Source: an uncultured Methanosarcinales archaeon
GTDB taxonomy: Archaea > Nanobdellota > Nanobdellia > Woesearchaeales > UBA11576
DNA length: 64,000 nt
Assembly (NCBI GenBank): GCA_964572875.1
Contig: CAZNGE010000003.1
Span: forward strand, 12,377-76,376
Direction: 5' to 3'
Shown here: one piece after another, positions 55,167-64,000 of the stretch
How positions within the stretch are numbered: the stretch's first letter is position 1
How the letters are laid out: each line of letters starts with the position of its first letter
Position numbers and translations under genes: made by a program
The notes under the pieces: model-generated
What the model was told of the DNA's origin: nothing
The model's database searches: none
Seen by the model: the letters and a program-made list of their open reading frames with translations, nothing else

Positions 55167-55859
55167 ATGGCAAAAAAAGAAGAGAGCAAGACTCCTAATT
55201 ATGACAAGCACAAGAAGTACCATGACCTGGTAGGCAAGCTGCATGACCTTGGTGAGGATGAGCACACCACAGGCCTCGCGAGCCACATACACCAGATAGC
55301 ATCCGAGTATCTCCACGCGAACAAGGGAGATGACGGAAAGGTCAGCTGGGCTGAAAAAGGAGAGGAAGAGCACAGGAAATTCTCAGACTCGCTGTGGGAC
55401 TCTGCGGCAGACAGGATAGCAAAGAACTACCTCAAGCTCAGCGACCAGGCGATCGAAGAGCTCAAGAAGTCAAAGACCCCTGAAGGAGAGAGCGCATGGG
55501 ACAACATGATAAAGACCTATCTCGGCGGCATGGACAAGGAGGACTTCTTCGACAGGGTCAAGTCAGAGGACGAGCTGTCCATAGAGAACATACTCAAGAC
55601 CTACATCAACAACCTGTCAGGCAGGCACCTCCAGTACAGGCATACCTCACTGCTCAGAAAGAACATAAACAAGGCAGATGATCTTGAGGGGGTGGCAGCA
55701 TATCTTGGGGATGCGAAGAAGAACAACAAGAAGGCGTTGAAGCCGCTCAAGGTGCCCAAGAAGCTCAAGAGCCTTGACGAGGCGATGAGCGCGATATCAG
55801 AGGCTTCGCAGTACATACCGAAGAACTACCATCCTGACAAGAAGGAGACGTATCATTAA
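55167..55859 (+). CDS. hypothetical protein
   Basis: 230-aa Lys/Glu-rich ORF with AGGAAGGTGAT upstream. No family recognised. Confidence 0.6.
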   Translation: MAKKEESKTPNYDKHKKYHDLVGKLHDLGEDEHTTGLASHIHQIASEYLHANKGDDGKVSWAEKGEEEHRKFSDSLWDSAADRIAKNYLKLSDQAIEELKKSKTPEGESAWDNMIKTYLGGMDKEDFFDRVKSEDELSIENILKTYINNLSGRHLQYRHTSLLRKNINKADDLEGVAAYLGDAKKNNKKALKPLKVPKKLKSLDEAMSAISEASQYIPKNYHPDKKETYH

Positions 55860-55963
55860 AGCCTCAGGAAACTTTTAGCTTTTTTCTTTGTTTTCATATA
55901 GTATATTATATTGTGTTTAATAACCTTTATATACCAGTTATTTTTAAAAAGAGATGGTAAAAA

Positions 55964-57838
55964 GTGGTGTTTGAAGTATTCACTGGACTGGCAGCAGAGC
56001 ATCTCATGTACATCGCAGGACTTTGGGCGCTGCTGTCCCTGATACCGCTCATTCTCATCTATCTCATAAGGCCAAAGCCGAAGAAGCAGACAATACCTGC
56101 GCTGATGTTCCTTATGAAAGAGCACGCGAAGTCAGACAAGCGCAGCTTCTTCAGGACATTCGTGAGGGATCCCCTGTTCATCTTCCAGATAATCATGCTC
56201 ATAGCGTTCGCCATCGCGATCGCAAAGCCGTTCATCACGCTCACTGAAGACGTGTTCGTGGAGAAGACCGCCATAGTCATAGACGCCTCAGCCTCATCAC
56301 AGGTCGAGATAGGCGGTACGACACGTTTCGAGAGGGCAGTCGGGATCGCGAAAGACAACCTTGGCACAAAGAACACGATAATCGCGATCAGCTCTGTGCC
56401 GGAACTCATAGCTGACGACGTCGACTCGCAGAGGGCAAAGAGCGAGCTGGACCACCTGCAGCCCAGGGACACGCCGACAAACATCTTCGACTCGATCATA
56501 TTCGCGGGCAGCTACGTCCATGAGAAGGACAGGGTGGTCGTGATCTCCGACTTCATAGATACCGCCACGCAGAAGGACTTCAACACGGCGCGGAGCATAC
56601 TCGAATCAAAGGGCATCATAGTCGATTTCATAAACCTGAGAGACCAGGAGGACAGGAAGGCAGGCAATGTAGGCATAGTTGATCTGGACGTGTCAGAGGA
56701 GAAGACTTCTGTCAGGATCAAGAACTACAATGATGTCAATGAATCAGTCAAGCTGCACCTCGAAGGAGCTAACCTCACGATAAGCGAGATAACGGTCGAA
56801 GCTAAGAACGTGGAAGTGGTGAACTTCCCTACACCTCCTGCACTATCAAGATTTTCCATAAAGACGCTCGGCCAGGATGACTTCCCTCTCGACGATGAAG
56901 TGCTGATATCCGCGCCTTCGGCAGAGTCAGTCCCCCTGCTGCTCATATCAAACAAGGTGTCCAAGTACCTCAGCACAGCGCTCGATGTCATAGACATGGT
57001 GGACGTCAGCAGGGGTACGCCACCTAAAGTGCCGGACATAAACCACCAGATAATCATGCTCAACAACATCAATGCAGACCTGATACTCCCAGGGACCATA
57101 AAGAACATACGCAAGAAGGTTGAAGACGGAGCCGCGCTGATCGTTGTGGCGCAGCCAGACCTCATGAACATAGACCTAGAGGGCATACTGCCTGTGGAAA
57201 GGGTGGATGCAGGCTCTCCTGTGCTGATCGAGCAGGATGTATATATCGTGCCGACGAACGAGAACAGCATAACAGAGGACATAAACTTCGGAAAGGTATC
57301 GAAATACCTGAAGGTCAAGCCTGTAGACGGCTCGACGACCCTCGCCTCGACGACCAACAACGTGTCGATGGTGGTGATAAAGAGCTATGGCAAGGGCCTT
57401 GTCACGTATTTCGGGATGATGGATGACTATTCTGACTTCAAGCTCGACATATACTACCCTGTGTTCTGGAAGAGGCTGTTCGACATGTCGATAAAGAAGC
57501 AGGACCTCTCAGAGCTCAACTTCAAGACAGGCAAGCTGGTCAACCTCCTTGAGAAGCAGAAGATAGAGGCCCCTTTCGGGACAGTGAAGGCCGATACCAT
57601 CCTGCTCAGCCACCAGGGCATATACAGGGGCGAGGACAAGACCTTCGTCGCCAACCTGGTGAACGAGGAAGAATCCAATGTCAATGGCGAAGGGGAGGGC
57701 GACAAGGAAGGGATAGTGGAAGAAGAGATCACCAAGAGGGAGATGGTGCCTTTCGAGCTGACCAGATACTTCATAATAGGGCTCATAGTGCTCGTCTTCC
57801 TAGAGCTTCTATGGATAAAATTCAGAGGTGATCTATAG
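55964..57838 (+). CDS. BatA-like vWA-domain membrane protein
   Basis: An N-terminal double-TM segment typical of BatA-type proteins (LWALLSLIPLILIYLIRPKPKK...LMFL). vWA MIDAS motif TAIVIDASASS. C-terminal TM. Confidence 0.7.
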   Translation: MVFEVFTGLAAEHLMYIAGLWALLSLIPLILIYLIRPKPKKQTIPALMFLMKEHAKSDKRSFFRTFVRDPLFIFQIIMLIAFAIAIAKPFITLTEDVFVEKTAIVIDASASSQVEIGGTTRFERAVGIAKDNLGTKNTIIAISSVPELIADDVDSQRAKSELDHLQPRDTPTNIFDSIIFAGSYVHEKDRVVVISDFIDTATQKDFNTARSILESKGIIVDFINLRDQEDRKAGNVGIVDLDVSEEKTSVRIKNYNDVNESVKLHLEGANLTISEITVEAKNVEVVNFPTPPALSRFSIKTLGQDDFPLDDEVLISAPSAESVPLLLISNKVSKYLSTALDVIDMVDVSRGTPPKVPDINHQIIMLNNINADLILPGTIKNIRKKVEDGAALIVVAQPDLMNIDLEGILPVERVDAGSPVLIEQDVYIVPTNENSITEDINFGKVSKYLKVKPVDGSTTLASTTNNVSMVVIKSYGKGLVTYFGMMDDYSDFKLDIYYPVFWKRLFDMSIKKQDLSELNFKTGKLVNLLEKQKIEAPFGTVKADTILLSHQGIYRGEDKTFVANLVNEEESNVNGEGEGDKEGIVEEEITKREMVPFELTRYFIIGLIVLVFLELLWIKFRGDL

Positions 57839-57840
57839 AG

Positions 57841-60318
57841 ATGGGATTCTCGGCAATGCTGCAAGGGATCACTGACATCACGAATGCGATAAGCACAGGC
57901 ACGTTCGCGTTCAACAAGCCAGAGATATTGCTACTTATAATCCCCACGATAATAATACTCCTGCTGATACTGCCCAAAAGCTTCGTCGTGATAGACAAGA
58001 AGAGGCTCCACGACCCTAAGTTCCTAAGCTCACGCAGGAGGTACAGGGTGATCATATTCCTGACACGCGTTTTGCTCTTCTCGCTCCTGTTCCTCGCGCT
58101 CGCAGACCCGTACGGCCAGGTAGAGAAAGACATACCTGGCGACCTGACGATCACGCTGCTCATAGACAACTCGACATCCATGGAGATGTTCGACACGTCA
58201 TTCGTGCCTACGCTGCAGGCAGAGCTCGAGAAGAGGCTGCCTGTAAAGACCGCGTACATCTCTTCTCCCATGGAGTCAGACATAGGTGACGGCATGCTCA
58301 ACAACATCGAGAAGGACAAGAACCTGCTGCTGGTCACGGATGGGCAGGCCACATCGGGAACGAACCTCCTTGATGTGCTGCTCTTCGCGGCGAGCCTGAA
58401 CAGCTCTGTGAGCGCGATAAGCATGGACCCTGTCATGGAGGACACGAGCGTAAGCATCAAGGGCCCAGCAAAGACGATTGCAGAGGTGGAGAACTTCTAC
58501 AAGGTCAGCATACACCATGTCGGCCCTGAAGGGAGCGAAACCCATGCATCAAGGCTCCTCGTAGGGGTGGATGACGAGATAATCATCGATGAAGTGACCA
58601 CGAAGGACGAATACTTCTTCAGCAGGAACTTCAGCGACGGCTACCACAGGATAGTCGCAAGGGTCGTACCGACAGGAGCAGACCATTTCGCAGAAAACAA
58701 CGTGTTCTACAAGACGACCCATGTCATACCAAAGCCAAAGGTCCTGTTCGTGACTGAATCAACATCCGCGCTCGGGACGGTGCTCGACGAGCTCTACGAG
58801 GTGACGACAACAAACACCCTGCCCACAAGCAAGAGCGAGCTGGACAAGTATTACGCGGTCGTGCTCAATGACCTGCCCAGGACAAGGCTCGGCAACATCG
58901 AGGCGCTGAGCGACTACGTCATAGAGGGCAACGGCCTCTTCGTGGTGGGCGGATACAACTCATTCGACAACGGAGGGTACAAGGGCAGCGCTTTAGAGAC
59001 TATCCTCCCAGTACAGGTCGGCGCAGGAGAGCTCAAGAAGGGAGATTCAAACATCGTCATAGTGATCGACATCTCAGGATCATTCACAGAGAAAGGCGTC
59101 ACGACAACAGCACTCAGCACGTCAAAGGCACTCGCTTATGACGTGATAAACAGGATAAACGAGAAGAACTCTGTGGGAGTCGTTGCGTTCGACCAATGGC
59201 CATATCTCGTGTCAGACCTCGAGCCGCTATACGTGAGCAAGGCATCAACACTCAACAAGATAGAGACACTGCAGGGACAGGGCGGCCAGACAGAGTTCGC
59301 AGCAGGCCTTAAGGGCGCTTTCAACCTGCTCCGCGGCACCACCGGTAGCAAGAACGTCATATTCATATCAGACGGCTACACCTGGAACGACCTGCTCAGG
59401 CAGGAGGCGCTCGATGTCGCGAAAGCCATGAAAGGATACGGAATAAAGCTGTACACGGTAGGGACCGGAAGGAACCTCGACGAGAAATTCCTAAGGCAGC
59501 TGACCACGACAGGAGGCGGGATATATTTCACCGCAGACACCAGCAACAGGCTGGAGATACTGTTTGGAGAGGCGCAGAAGAAGGACGTCGGCACGGCGTT
59601 CTCGCTTTTCGTCATAGACCCGTACCATTTCATAACAGAGGATCTCGATGTCAATGCCGTGCTGTACGGCTTCAATCAGGTCGTGCCCAAGGCCAACTCC
59701 CACCTGCTCATAACGACTGATTCAGGGGAGCCTGCAGTCGTGGTGTGGAGGCACGGGATCGGCCGGGTGGCTACACTCACAGTCTTCTCGTCGGGCAACA
59801 ACCTCGGGGAGCTCCTGGACAAGGACAACTCAAAGATGCTGACAAGGATAGTCAACTGGGCGATAGGGGATCCTGAGAGGAAGAACGACTTCTTCGTGGA
59901 CATAAAGGACGCGAGGGTCAACAAGTCAGCAGAGATAACCGTGAGGACAAAGAGATTCCCGAAGGTCACGGGCCTGAAGTTCTCCAAGACAGACAAGGAC
60001 ACGTACAGGTCCTATTATGTCAATCCGAACACAGGATTCAAGTCAGTGCTCGGCGCAGTGTACGCGGTGAATTACGACCGTGAATACCAGGATCTCGGAT
60101 TCAGCGATGAGCTGAACACGCTAGTGTCAGCCACCAACGGAAAGGTGTTCGGGCCGGAAGAGATCGACGCGATAGTAGAGCATGTCAAGACAGTCTCGAG
60201 AAGGATCATAAGGGAGAGGACAGAGTTCAGGATGCACTTCATCATCATGGCCCTGCTCCTGCTCATAACAGAGATAGTCCTCAGGAGGGTCAGGGACACG
60301 TGGTTCAGGCGCTCGTGA
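57841..60318 (+). CDS. double vWA-domain membrane protein (BatB-like)
   Basis: N-terminal TM pair, two MIDAS-type motifs (ITLLIDNSTSM and IVIVIDISGSF), and a C-terminal TM (FIIMALLLLITEIVL). Confidence 0.7.
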   Translation: MGFSAMLQGITDITNAISTGTFAFNKPEILLLIIPTIIILLLILPKSFVVIDKKRLHDPKFLSSRRRYRVIIFLTRVLLFSLLFLALADPYGQVEKDIPGDLTITLLIDNSTSMEMFDTSFVPTLQAELEKRLPVKTAYISSPMESDIGDGMLNNIEKDKNLLLVTDGQATSGTNLLDVLLFAASLNSSVSAISMDPVMEDTSVSIKGPAKTIAEVENFYKVSIHHVGPEGSETHASRLLVGVDDEIIIDEVTTKDEYFFSRNFSDGYHRIVARVVPTGADHFAENNVFYKTTHVIPKPKVLFVTESTSALGTVLDELYEVTTTNTLPTSKSELDKYYAVVLNDLPRTRLGNIEALSDYVIEGNGLFVVGGYNSFDNGGYKGSALETILPVQVGAGELKKGDSNIVIVIDISGSFTEKGVTTTALSTSKALAYDVINRINEKNSVGVVAFDQWPYLVSDLEPLYVSKASTLNKIETLQGQGGQTEFAAGLKGAFNLLRGTTGSKNVIFISDGYTWNDLLRQEALDVAKAMKGYGIKLYTVGTGRNLDEKFLRQLTTTGGGIYFTADTSNRLEILFGEAQKKDVGTAFSLFVIDPYHFITEDLDVNAVLYGFNQVVPKANSHLLITTDSGEPAVVVWRHGIGRVATLTVFSSGNNLGELLDKDNSKMLTRIVNWAIGDPERKNDFFVDIKDARVNKSAEITVRTKRFPKVTGLKFSKTDKDTYRSYYVNPNTGFKSVLGAVYAVNYDREYQDLGFSDELNTLVSATNGKVFGPEEIDAIVEHVKTVSRRIIRERTEFRMHFIIMALLLLITEIVLRRVRDTWFRRS

Positions 60319-60432
60319 CGGGATTATGATCACAGGATGAATGGTGATATTTATAAAGGAACACAACAACATTAATAAACAATCAGGAAAGAAAACAACA
60401 CAGGCAAAAGAGCAGGATAAAGAGGTGTGCGA

Positions 60433-61008
60433 ATGACATTCATGCAGAAGAATGTGAACTCCTTCCTTCTGATACTCGTCCTAGTGGTAGCTGGAGCTCT
60501 CGCAGGATCGTCTGTCTATTACCAGTCGAACTTCGAGAAGCTGACTTCAGAGCAGGAAGACACATCATCAGACCTGAGCCAGTGCCAGGCAGACCTTGAC
60601 AACTACAAGTTCAACCTCAACAAGACAATGCGCACCCTCAACATGACCACGCAGGACATCAGGAGATATGATGAACTCTACTCCACAAAAAGCGACGAGC
60701 TCAAGGACACGCAGGACACGCTCGAGACCACAGCGACAACGCTCAAGCAGACCGCCATAGACCTCCAGGAGGAGGCAGCGCTCAAGAACAAGTACAAGCA
60801 GGATTATGATGACCAGCTCGAGATAGCAAGGGACCTTGAGGAGCAGAACTCGATCCTCACATCGCAGAAGAACCAGCTCGAGGCGCAGGTCAAGAGCTAC
60901 AAGGACGGCGAGGAAGCGACAGGCATATGCATCGACAGCTTCCTCAGCGACTATGACGCAGGCCTTACCGCTGCGATGAAGACAGACATAGCGGAGTGCA
61001 AACCATAA
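60433..61008 (+). CDS. membrane-anchored coiled-coil protein
   Basis: ATG at 60433 after AGAGGTG. One N-terminal TM helix followed by heptad-rich sequence. Confidence 0.6.
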   Translation: MTFMQKNVNSFLLILVLVVAGALAGSSVYYQSNFEKLTSEQEDTSSDLSQCQADLDNYKFNLNKTMRTLNMTTQDIRRYDELYSTKSDELKDTQDTLETTATTLKQTAIDLQEEAALKNKYKQDYDDQLEIARDLEEQNSILTSQKNQLEAQVKSYKDGEEATGICIDSFLSDYDAGLTAAMKTDIAECKP

Positions 61009-61009
61009 G

Positions 61010-61789
61010 ATGAGCGACGTAAAAAGGCTTTTCGGGGAGCTGCAGTACGAGGTGTTCAAGATATCCGTACTGCACGCAGCAGCAGACTCGATCATATTCT
61101 TCATGGTAGCCCTGAACATAACAACCCTCCTGAGCGTCAAGTTCTACTTCGCACTGGTCGCTGCCGTGCTGTTCATGCTGGGTGACGTGCTCTACAGGAT
61201 GAAGCACACCACACTGCGCGACATAGAGAAGAAGAACCCCCAGATCTCAGACATATTAAGGACTGCGAAAGACAATACCGACAATACAGACTTCATAGTA
61301 CTCGCGATGTTCGAGGACCTTATCCAGAGGATGAAGAGCGTGTCAGCAGGATCCATCCTGAACCAGCAGAGGCTGATGCTCAAGATAGTCGTGGTATGTA
61401 TCCTGAGCTTCTCGGTAATAATGGTCTCAGCGAACAACATACATGTGCCGAAGTCGGTGTTCAACCCTGACACGTACTACCAGTGGTTCTCAAGCCAGGG
61501 CAAGGACAGGCTCGACTTCTACACCATAGAGTTCAACAATAGCGACGAGCTCATCTACGGCGCCGCGGAGATGGCCCAGCTGGGCAACAGGACGCTCGAG
61601 ATATACATAACACCGTCGATAAACGAGATGAGTTTCGAGAGCGTGAAGGAGCCTGAGGACAAGGAGTTCGAGAAAGGCACATTCCCGTCGGAGATTGCGG
61701 CAGTGTCGGACGCGTCGAGCGAGGAGAAGCTGCCCAAGGAATCAAAGATCGCGATAGCTTACAATCTCAAACTTAAAGAACAGACATAA
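61010..61789 (+). CDS. integral membrane protein, hypothetical
   Basis: It starts 1 nt after the upstream stop. Three hydrophobic helices and an acidic C-terminus. Confidence 0.6.
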   Translation: MSDVKRLFGELQYEVFKISVLHAAADSIIFFMVALNITTLLSVKFYFALVAAVLFMLGDVLYRMKHTTLRDIEKKNPQISDILRTAKDNTDNTDFIVLAMFEDLIQRMKSVSAGSILNQQRLMLKIVVVCILSFSVIMVSANNIHVPKSVFNPDTYYQWFSSQGKDRLDFYTIEFNNSDELIYGAAEMAQLGNRTLEIYITPSINEMSFESVKEPEDKEFEKGTFPSEIAAVSDASSEEKLPKESKIAIAYNLKLKEQT

Positions 61790-61807
61790 GAAATTCATGC
61801 TGATAGC

Positions 61808-61918
61808 GCTGCGTTGCGCCCTGCTCCGGTTTTGCTTTGCAAAACCTCTCGCGCCGCCACGCACGCCTGACTCAACGTCCGTTGGCGTGCTGACAGGCGG
61901 CTACGGTCGCAACGCAGC
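61808..61918. ncRNA. candidate structured RNA: 111-nt GC-rich three-way junction (class unknown; 5S-like topology if read on the minus strand)
   Basis: P1 is GCTGCGTTGCG (61808-61818) with CGCAACGCAGC (61908-61918), 11 bp perfect. P2 is GGTTTTGC-TTT-GCAAAACC (61828-61846). P3 is GCCGCC (61853-61858) with GGCGGC (61896-61901), plus GCACGCC (61861-61867) with GGCGTGC (61884-61890). Confidence 0.45.
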
Positions 61919-62010
61919 TTGCTGTTCATGGTTAAAAAAAGGAAGAATAGGAGGTAACTCAAATCTGCATAGCAGATTTGTGGAACCTCCAAAAAATGGA
62001 GGTAACAAAA

Positions 62011-62973
62011 ATGTCACCAGCAGTACATCTTCAACAGGTACAGAACATCAAGACGATGTTCGCGAACCTCAAATCAGAATTAGGCAAGGTCATCGTAGGG
62101 CAGGATGAGGTCATAGACCAGATAATAGTCGCGATAATATGCGACGCGAACGCCCTTCTGGAGTCATTTCCCGGCCTGGGAAAGACATTGATGGTCAAGA
62201 CCATGGCACAGATAATGGACCTGAAGTTCGCGAGGATACAGTCCACGCCGGACCTGATGCCCTCAGACATCACAGGCACGTACATCCTCGAGGAGAAGAA
62301 GGGCGGAGAGAAGCAGTTCAGGTTCCAGGAAGGCCCGCTGTTCGCGAACATAGTGCTCGCAGACGAGATAAACAGGGCGACGCCCAAGACCCAGTCGGCA
62401 TTGCTTGAGGCGATGCAGGAGAAGCAGGTGACAGTCGGGAATACGACTCACCCGCTTGACCCTCCGTTCTTCGTGCTCGCTACGCAGAACCCCATCGACC
62501 AGGAGGGCACATACCCGTTGCCGGAGGCGCAGACAGACAGGTTCATGCTGAAGATAAAGGTGGACTACCCTGCAGAGAAGGACGAGCTCGAGATCATCGA
62601 CCGCTACGCATCACAGGCAAAGTTCCCTACGGTAAGGAAATTCATGGCAAAGGACTCTCTAATGAACCTGCAGAAGTACTGCCGGCAGGTCCCCATCTCT
62701 GACGACCTCAAGAAGAAGGTGGTTGAGCTGGTCAACAGGACAAGGACCAACAAGGACCTGATCGAGTACGGCGCATCTCCCAGGGCATCGCTTGGCATCG
62801 TGATGGCATCGAAGGCGTACGCGCTGATCAACGGCAGGACATACGTGTCCATGGAAGACATCAAGAAGATGGCATACCCTGTGCTGCGACACAGGATAAT
62901 ACTCAGCTTCAAGGCAGAGAGGGAAGGCAGGACGCCTGACGACGCGATAACGCAGCTCCTGCACAAGCTGTGA
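62011..62973 (+). CDS. MoxR-family AAA+ ATPase
   Basis: ATG at 62011, 7 nt after GGAGGT. VIVGQDEVIDQIIVAI, Walker A FPGLGKT, Walker B IVLADEINRATPKTQSALLEAMQE, and VLATQNPIDQEGTYPLPEAQTDRF. Confidence 0.9.
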   Translation: MSPAVHLQQVQNIKTMFANLKSELGKVIVGQDEVIDQIIVAIICDANALLESFPGLGKTLMVKTMAQIMDLKFARIQSTPDLMPSDITGTYILEEKKGGEKQFRFQEGPLFANIVLADEINRATPKTQSALLEAMQEKQVTVGNTTHPLDPPFFVLATQNPIDQEGTYPLPEAQTDRFMLKIKVDYPAEKDELEIIDRYASQAKFPTVRKFMAKDSLMNLQKYCRQVPISDDLKKKVVELVNRTRTNKDLIEYGASPRASLGIVMASKAYALINGRTYVSMEDIKKMAYPVLRHRIILSFKAEREGRTPDDAITQLLHKL

Positions 62974-63015
62974 AGCTGTGCGGATCATGAGGTGCTGGAG
63001 GTATAGATCTGGAAC

Positions 63016-63888
63016 ATGGTAATCGACACATCATTTCTCAACCAGCTGGACAAGTTCGACGTGATCCTGAAGAAAAGGGTCATCTCGAACTACGCAGGAT
63101 CCAGGCAGTCCAAGAACTACGGCACAGGGCTGGTCTTCTACGACTACAAGGAGTATGTGCCAGGGGATGACTACAGGTCGATAGACTGGAAGGTCTATGC
63201 CAGGACAGAGGACTTCTACATAAGGCGGTACGAGGAAGAGAGGAACATGCGCATACACGTCATCATAGACGCGTCAGCATCCATGAACTTCGGGACAACC
63301 TTCAAGAAATTCGAGTACGCATCGATGGTCGGGATAGGATTCTGCTACATGGCGATGAGGAACAACGAGAGCTTCGAGATCAGCACTTTCGCAGAGCACC
63401 TCGACATCTTCAAGGCAAAGAAGGGCATGAACAAGCTCATCGCGGTCCTGGACATGCTGAACAAGGTCACGCCCAAGGGCAAATCCCTGTTCAGGGACAG
63501 CATAGAGCGCTACAAGGCAGCGATCCAGACCAAGTCACTGGTCATCATCATATCAGACTTCCTCTTCGACCCTGAAGAGCTGAAAAACACCCTATACCTG
63601 TTCAAGAAGAGCGAGGTCATGGTCGTGCAGGTCCTGGACTCCACTGAAAGAGAGCTCTCACTCCAGGGCGACGTCATACTTGACGACTCGGAGACAGCAG
63701 ACAGGATGAGGACATTCATAAGCAACAAGCTCATAGAGAACTACTCAGAGCAGCTGCTGGACCACATCTACCACATCAAGAAGATATGCGACTCATTCGA
63801 CGTGAAATTCTTATCCGTGTCTACAGACACCCCTGTGTTCGAGACGTTCTACTCGCTCCTCGGCAAGGCAGACAAGGTAATAATGTGA
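63016..63888 (+). CDS. DUF58-family protein (vWA-like, MoxR partner)
   Basis: YDYKEYVPGDDYRSIDWKVYARTEDFYIRRYEEERN is the DUF58 signature, followed by IHVIIDASASM. Confidence 0.8.
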   Translation: MVIDTSFLNQLDKFDVILKKRVISNYAGSRQSKNYGTGLVFYDYKEYVPGDDYRSIDWKVYARTEDFYIRRYEEERNMRIHVIIDASASMNFGTTFKKFEYASMVGIGFCYMAMRNNESFEISTFAEHLDIFKAKKGMNKLIAVLDMLNKVTPKGKSLFRDSIERYKAAIQTKSLVIIISDFLFDPEELKNTLYLFKKSEVMVVQVLDSTERELSLQGDVILDDSETADRMRTFISNKLIENYSEQLLDHIYHIKKICDSFDVKFLSVSTDTPVFETFYSLLGKADKVIM

Positions 63889-63999
63889 TCATGCCAGGTC
63901 CTGCGGAGATACAGGCACATCAAATACGAAAAAGCCAAGCTTCCGTATCTCTTCCTTATGGACCTTCTCGTCAGAGATAAGCCTCCTGAACAGCTTCCT
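63889..63999 (-). CDS. 3' end of a minus-strand gene continuing beyond the window (partial)
   Basis: The open minus-strand frame reads ...RKLFRRLISDEKVHKEEIRKLGFFVFDVPVSPQDLA and stops at 63889-63891. Only 36 codons are visible. Confidence 0.3.
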   Translation of the reverse strand, partial: RKLFRRLISDEKVHKEEIRKLGFFVFDVPVSPQDLA

Positions 64000-64000
64000 T

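Noticed and set aside
61808-61918. Confident annotation of the three-way-junction element as 5S rRNA
   Set aside because: The topology, size and an ACCGUAG word fit. However, the conserved loop C and loop E sequences are not recognisable and the junction strands are longer than in 5S. It is kept only as a hypothesis in the findings.

Overview
This is an archaeal chromosomal window. It has split rpoB''/rpoB' and rpoA'/rpoA'', plus rpoH, L30e, archaeal NusA, uS12/uS7, L15e and a Rad50 with a CxxC zinc hook. TTTAAATA-type TATA boxes and GAGGTG ribosome-binding sites are common. Dense, often overlapping genes, many orphan proteins and heavily intron-split tRNAs suggest a small-genome euryarchaeal or DPANN-like lineage, but that is inference only. 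I call about 65 protein genes, and roughly half have no family I can recognise. Recognisable content includes the RNA polymerase operon at 41.7-49.8 kb, ribosomal proteins, Rad50, a vWA/MoxR/DUF58 cluster at 56-63.9 kb, and a run of secreted or surface proteins at 19.4-27.9 kb. There is also a block of bacterial-looking accessory genes: an HslV-like Ntn hydrolase, a pyrimidine-dimer glycosylase, a split VIT1 and a MazG. All four tRNA genes (Pro, Tyr, Asp, Lys) carry 2-3 introns each, and each has one at the same T-loop position. The most unusual signal is non-coding. Three intergenic 100-150 nt hairpin elements (4081-4183, 12309-12458, 54937-55045) share interior motifs while their closing stems differ by compensatory base changes. 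A separate GC-rich 111-nt three-way-junction element lies at 61808-61918 inside the vWA/MoxR cluster. No CRISPR array, integrase or transposase was seen. All functional calls come from motif recognition by eye; no database search was run.
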